DNA of 14,865 bases from a virus. The position numbers and the translations under genes were made by a program. Position 1 is the first letter of the stretch. Every line of letters begins with the position of its first letter. Shown in pieces: positions 1-8,650 of this stretch. The notes under the pieces were generated by a model. The model worked only from the letters and a program-made list of their open reading frames with translations, searched no databases and was not told where the DNA came from. The stretch is from UHGV virus genome UHGV-0294841. The stretch is one strand, 5' to 3'.

Positions 1-354
<354 letters not shown>

Positions 355-358
<4 letters not shown>

Positions 359-861
359 CTGTGTCGTCGCTCCGGCTTCAGTGATTTACGCAATTCCCGC
401 GCCAGAAAATAGCGTGTCCAGCTGCGGTTCTTTTCAAGAGTTTCCACCATAAAGTTATTACGTGGAGCCAGCCGCCAGCCGCTGCCACCGGATGCACCAC
501 GATGATGGCTACGACGACGTTTTGCTCCTCCCCGGACACCAAAAAACAGAAACGCCGGATAGAAGTCACCAGAGATCATCCGGTTCCCCTTCCCGTTGCG
601 CTGGTTAGGGGCAATGCGTGTCATAAAACCGGCTCGCTTTTTACTGGCTCTCGGCACCATGTAACCAATCGAACGAGCCAGACGTCCGGTCTGATAACCG
701 GGATTTTCACCCGGTGCCGACCGCGCACGGCGCATCACCAGCCGACGGGCATTACGCATATGACGCTGCCCAATCGTGACAAACGCCCGCCGGACACGGG
801 CGCGGTTAAAGCGCATCTCCGCGGGCTGCTGAACATCAACGTGAAAAAAGGGAGTCGCCAT
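355..861 (-). CDS. Arg-rich phage tail-component / virion morphogenesis protein (HK97 gp10-like or tail-completion family)
   Basis: 168 aa, very basic. The segment 'APGENPGYQTGRLARSIGYMV' followed by 'GDFYPAFLFFGVRGG' resembles the TG-L-SI and YA-fVEfG signatures I recall for HK97 gp10-family proteins. Position after the head-tail joining genes fits. Confidence 0.5.
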
Positions 862-1246
862 TGCTGCCTCCGTGACTCTGCGTAAATTCGCCCAGTTCCG
901 TACACTCCAGCAGCAGAAAGCGCCGCGCCCCGTTCAGATCGCGCTGACGTTTCACCCGGTACACACTGTCACCGCAGACCACCTCATAATCAGCGGTGAT
1001 CCCCCGGCGGTAGCGAATGGTGATGTAATGGGTGATGGCGTCTCCAGTCTGCGCGGTTTCCTGCCAGGTGGTGGCACTGGTCTGGATAACCTTCGCCCAT
1101 GTCCGGAACGTAACCGGGTATTGATGCTCCACGCCAAAGTTATCCGCGGGCATATCCACCCGCTGGCGGATCAGGACGCGTTTATTCAGTTCACCGGGGT
1201 CCGGCAGAATGTAGGTTGCGCTGGTCTGCGCCTGACGAATTTTCAT
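836..1246 (-). CDS. Head-tail joining (head closure) protein
   Basis: 136 aa; the motif 'ITHYITIRYRRGITADYEVVCGDSVYRV' fits the Phage_H_T_join pattern. Start overlaps the upstream connector gene stop (ATGA). Gene order fits. Confidence 0.6.
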   Translation of the reverse strand: MKIRQAQTSATYILPDPGELNKRVLIRQRVDMPADNFGVEHQYPVTFRTWAKVIQTSATTWQETAQTGDAITHYITIRYRRGITADYEVVCGDSVYRVKRQRDLNGARRFLLLECTELGEFTQSHGGSNGDSLFSR

Positions 1247-1566
1247 TGCGGAAAGTACCTGTACGGGCCGACAAGCCAGCCAAAACTCTGCGGCATGTCG
1301 AGTTTCTCCACTTCCGTAACCGACGAGCGGTTTTCGTAAAAATGGCTGATAAGCATCAGCATCCCCAGACGAATATCATCCGGCAGGTGCAGCCCGTCCG
1401 GATCGCTGTCCGGAATGGTTTCATCCGGTGCATAGAGCTTCCGGTTCAGATACGTTTCCGTCCGCTTTTGCGCCGCACAGGCCAGCAGTTGCAGATGGCG
1501 GTCATCAGCATCGAAATCCTCATCCAGCCGGAGTTGGGCTTTAATCTCTTCCATTGTCAGAAGCAT
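1243..1566 (-). CDS. gp6-like head-tail connector protein
   Basis: 107 aa; N-terminus 'LTMEEIKAQLRLDEDFDADDRHLQLLACAA' resembles gp6-like connector proteins. AGAGGG SD 6 nt upstream of the ATG. Immediately downstream of the capsid cluster. Confidence 0.6.
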   Translation of the reverse strand: MLLTMEEIKAQLRLDEDFDADDRHLQLLACAAQKRTETYLNRKLYAPDETIPDSDPDGLHLPDDIRLGMLMLISHFYENRSSVTEVEKLDMPQSFGWLVGPYRYFPQ

Positions 1567-1568
1567 AC

Positions 1569-1769
1569 TCAGCCCTCTTTACTGGTCGTGGCTTTTTTCT
1601 CTTTTGCCGCTTTACTGCTTTTTGTACTGATTCCGCGCTCTGCTAACCCAGCCTGAAGTGCAATCTCCTGCACCCGGGCAGGAAGCGCCCCGTCGTCATA
1701 CTCACCGGCCCGAATGACCTCAACACGCATACCGTCCGGTGACCATTTCAGATCTTGTTTCAGGATCAT
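1569..1769 (-). CDS. Small hypothetical head-module protein with Lys-rich C-terminal tail
   Basis: 66-aa ORF with ATG start and a GGTGAAG SD-like sequence, packed 2 nt from the connector gene. No family recognised. Confidence 0.45.
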   Translation of the reverse strand: MILKQDLKWSPDGMRVEVIRAGEYDDGALPARVQEIALQAGLAERGISTKSSKAAKEKKATTSKEG

Positions 1770-1788
1770 GATTCTTCACCCGTCAGAA

Positions 1789-1812
1789 CAGGGGCGCGGT
1801 TCCGCGCCCCTG
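1789..1812 (-). terminator. GC-rich perfect hairpin just downstream of the major capsid gene (attenuator or RNA-stabilising stem-loop)
   Basis: caggggcgcgg-tt-ccgcgcccctg: 11-bp perfect GC-rich stem with a 2-nt loop, between the capsid stop (1818) and the next start (1769). Only a short TT follows on the minus strand, so a partial terminator at most. Confidence 0.45.
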
Positions 1813-1817
1813 AGTGA

Positions 1818-3023
1818 TTACGCCGCTGCAATCTTCAGCAGTTTGATGGCCTGCGAATCGACCAGCATCCCGCCGGTGCGCTTGGTGGTATAAAAACCGA
1901 CAAACGGTTTATTGGTGTACGGGTCACGCAGAATGCGGGTGCCGATACGGTCAACGATGGTGTAACCCCGTTTGAAGTTACCAAATGCAATGGCTTTCGC
2001 ATCAGCGGCGATATCCGGCATCTGTTCGTTTTCAGCGATACCGTAACCCGCCAGAGAGGACGGCTGCCCCAGTTCCAGCCCCGGACGCCACAGATAGTTA
2101 CCCTCGGTGTCTTTCAGCAGACGGATGGCAAACAGGCTGTTGTTGTTCATCATGAACTTCGCGCCAGTGCGGTGTGCCTTACGCAGCGTGTAAATCAGTT
2201 TGATAATGGCGTCTGCGGTCACCGCCGTCGCTTCGCCGGATACAATATGCTGAAGTTTGCCGAACGCCCGGACCTTATCGGTTTCATCAGTGGATTCATA
2301 CGCCAGGAACCCTTTCGGCTTCTTGGTACCATCGCCGGTGGTAAAGGCAATTTCTTCCTGTTCGGCAAATTCGGTTGCCAGCTCGCTGTTGATCCATGCT
2401 TCCACGTTGAAAAAGGCATCATCCAGCATTTTCTGGGTAGCCTGCGGGTTACCGTAGATTTCCCCCATGAAAGGTTCAATCAGTCCCAGTTTTGAGGTGG
2501 CAGTCTGGGAGCGCGCGTCAGTCTCGCCAACCCATCCGGAAGCCGTGCCGCCCAGATTCACCAGTTTTTTGTAGTCGGAACCGCCAACGGTGATCACCGT
2601 GGCTTCCTGGCGCATCACCACTTCATCTTTCAGCAGGGTAAGAATGTTGCGATCCAGTGCTTCCGGCACGGCATAGCCGCCGTCTTCATCGGTGCCCACC
2701 TGTAATGCCTTGCGCTCCAGATCGCGCAGACCATCTTCACGGCCTTTACGCAGGAAGCCCACAAACGCTTCTTTATGCTCGGTGGCCAGTTTATTTTGCG
2801 CACCACCTGCCGGACGTTTCAGCTCAAGAAGCTCTTTTTCAAGATCGCTTTTGAGGTTTTCCAGCTCGCTGAGTTTCCCGTTCAGGGTTTCCACCTGCCC
2901 GGCAAGTTTGCCTTTTTCCTGCTCAATCGCATCCACGCGCTTGTCGTTCTTTGCTTTGAAGTCGTCAAACTTCTGCTGCAGCTCCTGCGCGACCTGTTCG
3001 ACATCTTTAATATCAACCGCCAT
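1818..3023 (-). CDS. Major capsid protein, HK97 family, with N-terminal coiled-coil scaffolding (delta) domain
   Basis: 401 aa. N-terminal ~100 aa is a heptad-rich coiled coil ('KLAGQVETLNGKLSELENLKSDLEKELLELK'), followed by the 'GGYAVPEA' region typical of HK97-fold capsids. Position after the protease fits. Confidence 0.9.
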   Translation of the reverse strand: MAVDIKDVEQVAQELQQKFDDFKAKNDKRVDAIEQEKGKLAGQVETLNGKLSELENLKSDLEKELLELKRPAGGAQNKLATEHKEAFVGFLRKGREDGLRDLERKALQVGTDEDGGYAVPEALDRNILTLLKDEVVMRQEATVITVGGSDYKKLVNLGGTASGWVGETDARSQTATSKLGLIEPFMGEIYGNPQATQKMLDDAFFNVEAWINSELATEFAEQEEIAFTTGDGTKKPKGFLAYESTDETDKVRAFGKLQHIVSGEATAVTADAIIKLIYTLRKAHRTGAKFMMNNNSLFAIRLLKDTEGNYLWRPGLELGQPSSLAGYGIAENEQMPDIAADAKAIAFGNFKRGYTIVDRIGTRILRDPYTNKPFVGFYTTKRTGGMLVDSQAIKLLKIAAA

Positions 3024-3037
3024 CGTATTTCTCCTGA

Positions 3038-3688
3038 TTAGAAGTTCAGATTTTTCAGTGCATTCAGTGCAGAGCCCACATCCTCAGCGTCGCGCAGGGA
3101 CAGTGCGCCATAGCCCCCGGCCATGAATGCTTTGGCCTGGGTACGGGAGAGTCCGACATCACGCAGGACTCTTTCGATTTTTTTCTGTTCGGGGATTTCC
3201 CCGCGGGCCAGTGCGTTCTTGACGTCGCTGATCCGCGCCTCGTCGTTAGACGGGAACGTCACCAGGCTGACTTCCCAGAGGTCGATTTCTTTCAGCAGAA
3301 AGGCTTCTTTGCTCCGGTCGTATTCCCAGTCTTTCAGGACATACCCAATAGAAAGGCCGGTTAACGAACCGGCCTTCATGTGTGCATGTGCGCGTTTTGC
3401 GAGGGGATCATCATCAATAAGCAACCGTCCCCTGACGTAAAGCCCGACATCGTCTTCCTTCATTTCGGTGTAAACACCGATGGGTTCATCCATGCGGTGC
3501 TGCCAGAGCAGCGCAGGTAACGCTTTTCTGTCACTCCACGCCCGCAGGGAAGCAGCAAATGCCCCGGACATCACCACATCATCGTGGCTGTCCTTTACAC
3601 CAAAGACGGAGCCATACCCTTCAAACTCACCGGAGTCACTGACAGATTTCAGACTCAGCGGTACATCAAGACGTTGTTTCGTCTGCAT
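3038..3688 (-). CDS. Prohead maturation protease, HK97 family
   Basis: Motif 'FEGYGSVFGVKDSHDDVVMSGAFAASL' is typical of HK97-type prohead proteases. I prefer the ATG at 3688 (AAGGA SD 8 nt upstream, no overlap with portal) over the track start at 3724, which lacks an SD and overlaps portal by 59 nt. Confidence 0.85.
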   Translation of the reverse strand: MQTKQRLDVPLSLKSVSDSGEFEGYGSVFGVKDSHDDVVMSGAFAASLRAWSDRKALPALLWQHRMDEPIGVYTEMKEDDVGLYVRGRLLIDDDPLAKRAHAHMKAGSLTGLSIGYVLKDWEYDRSKEAFLLKEIDLWEVSLVTFPSNDEARISDVKNALARGEIPEQKKIERVLRDVGLSRTQAKAFMAGGYGALSLRDAEDVGSALNALKNLNF

Positions 3689-4907
3689 TGGCGTTATCCT
3701 TCTGCTTACCGGCTTTACTGCCATCGGAGGGTTTCGTGGTCATGTTCATCGGTGTGAGATAGACATCCCCACCGGGACGCGGATTCATATCTTCCAGGTC
3801 GCGGCAGTCATTGGGAGAGTAAATTCCCCAGTTGATCCCGGTGGCGTAGGCTTCAAAACGGGACTTCATATCCCCGCGCAGTAACGCCCCGGCGTTAAAT
3901 TTGGCGTAATAAACGCCCTGCTTACTTTTTCGTACCAGTCCGGTGTTGATCCGCTGTTCGATGCGGGTCAGATACGGCACCAGTGAATAGTTGATAAATC
4001 CCAGCCCCAGCTCTTCGATATTGTTGAAGGTGGCGCGATCGGTGTTCTGCACCATGTGCAACGGCACCCGGAACAGACGACAGATTTCTTCAAGCTGAAA
4101 CTTGCGGGTTTCCAGGAACTGGCTGTCCTCGGCGTTCAGCGCCATCGACTTCCAGTCCAGCCCCATCTCAAGGATCATCGGGCGGTGAGCATTGCCAAGC
4201 CCGGTGTGACGCTCCTCAAAATCTTTCTTCAGGCGCTCATAAGCCTGATCTGACAGCGTCTGCTCTGTACGCAACACCCCCGACGTCACCGCGCCATTGC
4301 TGAACAGTCTGGCCCCGTGCTCTTCGGTCGCTGCCGCCAGCGATATTGCCTCGCGGGCATAGGCGACGGGATTCAGCCCCACCAGTCCGTCCAGCGTCAG
4401 CGTGCGCACATGCCAGATATCCTCCTGGCTCAGTACATCCGTGGAGCCATCCGGGAATGTGACCTGATAGACCGGCTCCCAGCTACTGTTAAGCTTCGGT
4501 ACCACACAACCGGGATCGACGGGCAGCAGTTCAGCCACTTCGCCAAATGCTTTCACTTTGTAGGCGTAAAAATTTCCCCTCAGACACAGACAGGTGACCA
4601 CCAGCTCCCAGAACTCCTGCGGCGTCATATAGCTATTGGGATGCGTGGAGATCAGTTTATGCAGACGTTCGCCGGTGGCTCTCTGCTTCAGGCTGCCGTT
4701 CAGGTGATACAGATTGCAGGGCAACATCCCGACCGACTCTGCCAGCACTCTGACGCAGGAAAAAACCGCCGTCAGTCGCATGGCTCGCTGACTGCTGATC
4801 TGCTTTCCGGTATAGGTGTCGTAGGACAACCCGATGGCATCCGCCAGCTCTGCTGGCGTGGTCACCGGTGCGTCACTTTTTCGTTGAAATAATCCCGAAA
4901 AGAACAC
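3666..4907 (-). CDS. Portal protein, HK97 family
   Basis: 413 aa, positioned between terminase and protease. Only possible start is GTG at 4905-4907, preceded by GGAGG SD (in-frame stop lies immediately upstream). Confidence 0.85.
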   Translation of the reverse strand: MFFSGLFQRKSDAPVTTPAELADAIGLSYDTYTGKQISSQRAMRLTAVFSCVRVLAESVGMLPCNLYHLNGSLKQRATGERLHKLISTHPNSYMTPQEFWELVVTCLCLRGNFYAYKVKAFGEVAELLPVDPGCVVPKLNSSWEPVYQVTFPDGSTDVLSQEDIWHVRTLTLDGLVGLNPVAYAREAISLAAATEEHGARLFSNGAVTSGVLRTEQTLSDQAYERLKKDFEERHTGLGNAHRPMILEMGLDWKSMALNAEDSQFLETRKFQLEEICRLFRVPLHMVQNTDRATFNNIEELGLGFINYSLVPYLTRIEQRINTGLVRKSKQGVYYAKFNAGALLRGDMKSRFEAYATGINWGIYSPNDCRDLEDMNPRPGGDVYLTPMNMTTKPSDGSKAGKQKDNANADETTS

Positions 4908-5089
4908 TATTTACCTCCACCAACAGACAGCTGTGTACGGTCGAGATATCGCGCCACCAGCCACGACCAGAACAGGCACAACGCCCCGGCAACAACAAAC
5001 CCCGCCGGGGGATAAATCAGCCAGGCACCATACGCCAGCAAAAGCGCCCCCAGCACGCCCACCAGAGGCGCGAGAATCAGCATGATCAT
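4907..5089 (-). CDS. Small hydrophobic (two predicted TM) protein between terminase and portal
   Basis: 60-aa ORF with ATG start and GAGG SD 5-6 nt upstream. Its TAG stop overlaps the portal GTG start by 1 nt (TAGTG). Almost entirely hydrophobic: '[48 protein letters not shown]'. Confidence 0.55.
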   Translation of the reverse strand: MIMLILAPLVGVLGALLLAYGAWLIYPPAGFVVAGALCLFWSWLVARYLDRTQLSVGGGK

Positions 5090-5100
5090 AATTACCTCAG

Positions 5101-6834
5101 TTAAAGCGAGCGGATCCCATAGGACTCAATGTGGTCAGACAGCGTGTCTTCTTTCTCGTACAGCATGGCTCTGCCAACCGCCATAATCAGCGCAACTGCA
5201 CCATCGATTTTGTTTTCCGCCTGCTCTTTGACGGGCTTCACCACATCATCGTTACCCGGAATGGTTTTGCCGACCACGTTGCCGATACACCAGGTCATGA
5301 TGGGATTGCCATCATGATGAAAGCGCCCCGATTCAATTGCCGCTTCCAGCTCTTTCATCGGGTCGGACATGTTGGTGTAGTTCTGAATGATAGTGATGGG
5401 GTTCAGGTCTTCATCAGCAAGGTCATGTGAGAGCCCGGTCGCCCCGAAGGGGTCGATGGGTGACTCGCTGACCGGGCTGATTTTGTTCGCCGCTTTGGCC
5501 TCTTCGAGGATGTAGCGATAATCCACCTCCGCACCATCGGTAACGGTCAGAACGCCCATTTCCACCCATTTCTGAAAGCGTTCGGCTGTCCGGCGATCTT
5601 CATTTTTCTCGACGCTGTACACCGTGTCATACGGTACCCAGAAACGCGGGGCTACACTGTAGTAATGCGTTTTACCGTCAATCTCGCGGGTATAAAGTCG
5701 CGCCATGCTGTTCATATCCAGTTTACGCGCCAGGTCAAAGGCCAGAATGCACGGCTGCCCCTCGAACTGCTCAAGGGACAGTGATTTATCCTCGCAGCTC
5801 TGCCAGCTCACCAGGTTGAAATACGCCGAACGCGCCGACACCCAGATATTGAGGTGTTTTGTTTTAAAGACGTTTGCCAGACGGGCGTTATTTTTCGCAC
5901 GCTGCTGCTGACTTAACAAAAATTCGCGATAAACCGACACGCCAATATTTGGATTGGCTTTTTCCAGCACCTGCGGGTCGGTCCAGTCGTCACCTTCATC
6001 AACGGTATAGATGATCCCGAACAGTTCATCGTTAGGCACCGAGCCGTTGAGCATCTCGATGACTTCCCGCCGTTTGTCGTAGCACGGCCCCTCAATGTTG
6101 TACCCGGCGGTAGTGATAGCCCACATCAGTGGCTGACGTCGCGCCCCCATCCCGGTAAGCATCGTGGTGTAAAGCGCATCTGTGGCGTGCTCGTGATATT
6201 CATCCACCACCGCACAGTGGGGTGATGAACCATCACCGGGGTTACCGATCAGCGGTTCAAAACGCGCACCATCCTCCGGACGGTTCATGTTTGAGGCGTT
6301 AACCTCAATCCCGAACGCTTCCGTCAGCATGGGTGTGCGTTTACACATCAGTCTTGCCGGGCGAAAGACTTCCCATGCCTGTTTCTCTGTCGTGGCACCG
6401 GAATACACTTCCGCGCCGAACTCGTTATCACAGGCAAAACAATACAGGGCGACACCGGCAGAGATTGCCGATTTGCCGTTCTTACGGGGGATTTCGGTAT
6501 ACACCTCACGGAAGCGGCGCAGCCGGGAGCCTTTATTGACCCAGCCAAACGCGCAGCAGATCACAAAGAGCTGCCACGGCTCCAGCGTGATGGGCATCCT
6601 CTTAAATGCCCACTCACCCTTGGTGTGCGGCAACAGCTGAATAAATTTGGCGGCCCGTTCAGCCAGGTCCTTGTCGAAGCGGTAACGAAACGACTTACTT
6701 TTTTCCGCCATCAGGTCATCAAGATGGCGCTGGCAGGCCTGAATCACAAACTGGCAGGCCACAATCTTTCCGCGCACGACATCACGGGCATACTGATTGG
6801 CAGCATTTACGTTGGGGTAAGATTTCCGGCTCAT
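5101..6834 (-). CDS. Terminase large subunit
   Basis: 577 aa; Walker-A-like 'EIPRKNGKS' in the N-terminal ATPase region and an acidic C-terminal nuclease region. ATGA overlap with the small subunit. Confidence 0.9.
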   Translation of the reverse strand: MSRKSYPNVNAANQYARDVVRGKIVACQFVIQACQRHLDDLMAEKSKSFRYRFDKDLAERAAKFIQLLPHTKGEWAFKRMPITLEPWQLFVICCAFGWVNKGSRLRRFREVYTEIPRKNGKSAISAGVALYCFACDNEFGAEVYSGATTEKQAWEVFRPARLMCKRTPMLTEAFGIEVNASNMNRPEDGARFEPLIGNPGDGSSPHCAVVDEYHEHATDALYTTMLTGMGARRQPLMWAITTAGYNIEGPCYDKRREVIEMLNGSVPNDELFGIIYTVDEGDDWTDPQVLEKANPNIGVSVYREFLLSQQQRAKNNARLANVFKTKHLNIWVSARSAYFNLVSWQSCEDKSLSLEQFEGQPCILAFDLARKLDMNSMARLYTREIDGKTHYYSVAPRFWVPYDTVYSVEKNEDRRTAERFQKWVEMGVLTVTDGAEVDYRYILEEAKAANKISPVSESPIDPFGATGLSHDLADEDLNPITIIQNYTNMSDPMKELEAAIESGRFHHDGNPIMTWCIGNVVGKTIPGNDDVVKPVKEQAENKIDGAVALIMAVGRAMLYEKEDTLSDHIESYGIRSL

Positions 6835-7325
6835 GATTCGATGATTTTCAGAAACGGGTTAGTGGTTTTCTTCTGCCCCGCCAGGCCAATCAGACGCTGA
6901 CGGCTGCTGGGGTCGAGTCCGAGCATTGCCCCCGTGCTGCTCATCTCGGACTCCTGTTCTTTTTTGGCGGTCAGCTCCGGATTTTTGACCATGCCGCCCA
7001 TTGCACCGGTGATGGTGTTGCCCTGTCTGGCAATATTTTTCACGGCACGTCGCCAGAACTCGTAGGCCACGCACCACCGCTCAAGCACCGCGAGGTCAGT
7101 CACGCACAGCAGGCCCTGACCGCAGAGTTCTTTAGTTGTCAGTTGCCACATGATCGTAGCGAGAGGGAGATCTTCTTCAGCGAACCACTCCGGTGGCTCA
7201 ACACCTTTGATGGGCGTAAAAACAGGTTCATCTTTATTCAGGGCTCGCTTGCCGGGGTTTCCGGCCAGCGCCTTGCGCGCCGTTGGCTTGGGGCGACGCC
7301 CGGAACGCCCCGCCGTTCCAGCCAT
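6831..7325 (-). CDS. Terminase small subunit, P27 family
   Basis: N-terminus '[26 protein letters not shown]' is characteristic of P27-family small terminases. I place the start at ATG 7325 (AGGAG SD 8 nt upstream) rather than the track's GTG at 7334. Confidence 0.8.
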   Translation of the reverse strand: MAGTAGRSGRRPKPTARKALAGNPGKRALNKDEPVFTPIKGVEPPEWFAEEDLPLATIMWQLTTKELCGQGLLCVTDLAVLERWCVAYEFWRRAVKNIARQGNTITGAMGGMVKNPELTAKKEQESEMSSTGAMLGLDPSSRQRLIGLAGQKKTTNPFLKIIES

Positions 7326-7334
7326 ATGCGGCAC

Positions 7335-7450
7335 TCCTGGTTAAATTTCATTTTTCGCGGGTATAAAAAAACGATGGGGCGGGCAGTCCGGAAGACGTCA
7401 GGTCACAGGGATTTGACCCGCCCCTCCCCTCTGGCAATGGGAACTGGTTC
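7335..7450 (-). other. Candidate cos/packaging-recognition region
   Basis: 116-bp non-coding gap between HNH and small terminase. Contains an 8-bp GC inverted repeat, ggggcggg (7376-7383) and cccgcccc (7417-7424), 33 bp apart, plus an A7 tract at 7366-7372. In HK97-like cos phages, cos lies between the HNH gene and terS. Confidence 0.4.
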
Positions 7451-7801
7451 TTACTTCAGCCGTTCACGGGCCGTCTTCGCCTTATGACACGGCCAGCACA
7501 GACTCTGCAGGTTACTGTCGGCATCGGTGCCGCCATGCGCTTTGGGAATGATGTGGTCAACGGTTTTCGCCTCGCGCACCACACCGGCACGCAGACACAA
7601 CTGACACAGGCCTTTGTCACGCTTCAGGACACGCGCGCGGATACTGTCCCACTTCGAACCGTAGCCGCGCTGATGACGGGATTGTCCAGGTTTGTATTGC
7701 TTCCAGCCTTCGCTTTTGTGGCTTTCGCAGTAGCCTGAAGGGTCCGTGGTTGTAGAGCGGCAGCCGCGAACACGGCAGGCTTTTGGGGTTCGTGGGGGCA
7801 T
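7451..7801 (-). CDS. HNH homing-type endonuclease, packaging-associated
   Basis: 116 aa with paired Cys ('CRVRGC...C'), a 'DHIIPKAHGG' catalytic His and 'N...CWPCH' zinc motif. Sits immediately upstream of terminase. GGAG SD present. Confidence 0.9.
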   Translation of the reverse strand: MPPRTPKACRVRGCRSTTTDPSGYCESHKSEGWKQYKPGQSRHQRGYGSKWDSIRARVLKRDKGLCQLCLRAGVVREAKTVDHIIPKAHGGTDADSNLQSLCWPCHKAKTARERLK

Positions 7802-7921
7802 ATGTACTCCAATGAAGAAACCAGCGAAATAGCTGCCTTCATTCGTAGTAAACCTTTTTCATCAACGCAGTAATGGATTCTTTGAAGAGTCGCGATCAAT
7901 ACAACTCACTAATGGAGAGAC

Positions 7922-7941
7922 TTGTCTCACGCATGAGACAA
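7922..7941. repeat. Perfect 8-bp-stem palindrome (ttgtctca-cgca-tgagacaa)
   Basis: Seen directly in the intergenic region between HNH and bor. Followed on the plus strand by the T-rich 'atttcccgtttgattt'. Could be a terminator or a protein-binding site. Confidence 0.4.
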
Positions 7942-8022
7942 ATTTCCCGTTTGATTTAATGGACACTATAGAGGGACAGAATGCCTTCCTCACTCGAATC
8001 ACATCAATTAAGGAGGTTCAAC

Positions 8023-8145
8023 ATGTTTCATTCCCCAAGTCATCAGGCTGTAATTATGGCAGCATCAGTTTGTGCCACAGACCTTTTCCGCTTCACTTTG
8101 AGCCTGATTCATTTCTACCTGACCGGCTCGCCTCTATCTTTTTAA
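8023..8145 (+). CDS. Possible small hydrophobic peptide (40 aa) with near-consensus RBS
   Basis: AGGAGG at 8011-8016, 6-nt spacer, ATG at 8023. Encodes 'MFHSPSHQAVIMAASVCATDLFRFTLSLIHFYLTGSPLSF'. No family recognised; the call rests on the RBS alone. Confidence 0.3.
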   Translation: MFHSPSHQAVIMAASVCATDLFRFTLSLIHFYLTGSPLSF

Positions 8146-8325
8146 TCCCCGCTTTATCCAAATTGCATTGCCAGAATGCCGACAACAGACTGACATTCAA
8201 ATCCTGACTACCTCCAATAGTCTGATCGTACACCTATATAGTTTTAATTTTCATCAATCCATTTAACTATCGTTTAATTGTTGTCACATAGGATTCTGCC
8301 GTTTTTAACAATGCAGGATAATAAG

Positions 8326-8619
8326 ATGAAAAAAATGTTGTTTTCTGCCGCTCTGGCTATGCTTATTACAGGATGTGCTCAACAGACGTTTACTGTTGGA
8401 AACAAACCGACAGCAGTAACACCAAAGGAAACCATCACCCATCATTTCTTCGTTTCGGGAATTGGACAGGAGAAAACTGTTGATGCAGCCAAAATTTGTG
8501 GCGGCGCAGAAAATGTTGTTAAAACAGAAACCCAGCAAACATTCGTAAATGGATTGCTCGGTTTTATTACTTTAGGCATTTATACTCCGCTGGAAGCGCG
8601 GGTGTATTGCTCACAATAA
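8326..8619 (+). CDS. bor: Bor outer-membrane lipoprotein (lambda Bor-like, serum-resistance moron)
   Basis: 'MKKMLFSAALAMLITGCAQQTFTV...EARVYCSQ' matches my recollection of lambda Bor closely, including the ITGC lipobox. I take the start as ATG 8326 (AGGA 8 nt upstream), not the track's TTG at 8278. Opposite strand to the late operon, AT-rich. Confidence 0.9.
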   Translation: MKKMLFSAALAMLITGCAQQTFTVGNKPTAVTPKETITHHFFVSGIGQEKTVDAAKICGGAENVVKTETQQTFVNGLLGFITLGIYTPLEARVYCSQ

Positions 8620-8629
8620 TTGCATGAGT

Positions 8630-8647
8630 TGCCCATCGATATGGGCA
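8630..8647. terminator. Short palindrome between convergent bor and Rz (possible weak bidirectional terminator)
   Basis: tgcccat-cgat-atgggca, 7-bp stem, lying between the bor stop (8619) and the Rz stop (8651). No clear U-tract on either side. Confidence 0.3.
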
Positions 8648-8650
8648 GCT

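Noticed and set aside
3689-3724. Protease start at 3724, giving a 59-nt overlap with portal
   Set aside because: No SD upstream of 3724, whereas the in-frame ATG at 3688 has an AAGGA SD and removes the overlap. The longer form is not excluded.
7624-7899. 91-aa minus-strand ORF overlapping the HNH gene
   Set aside because: Alternative-frame ORF nested in and extending past the HNH gene, with no motif. HNH in the other frame has a clear catalytic signature.
7959-8207. 82-aa plus-strand ORF in the HNH-bor intergenic region
   Set aside because: No SD upstream of its ATG and no recognisable features. The overlapping 40-aa ORF at 8023..8145 in another frame has a far better RBS, so I report that one (at low confidence) instead.
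7802-8325. tRNA genes or a CRISPR array in the intergenic regions (also 9916-10233 and 1-136)
   Set aside because: Lambdoid phages often carry tRNAs between Q and S, but I found no T-loop-like GGTTCGAATCC-type motif or cloverleaf-compatible segment by eye, and no direct-repeat/spacer periodicity anywhere in the window. Not a definitive exclusion without tRNAscan.
8226-8325. Specific -35/-10 promoter assignment for bor
   Set aside because: A good -35-like TTGTCA (8281-8286) exists but no convincing -10 at proper spacing. The assignment is too ambiguous to annotate.
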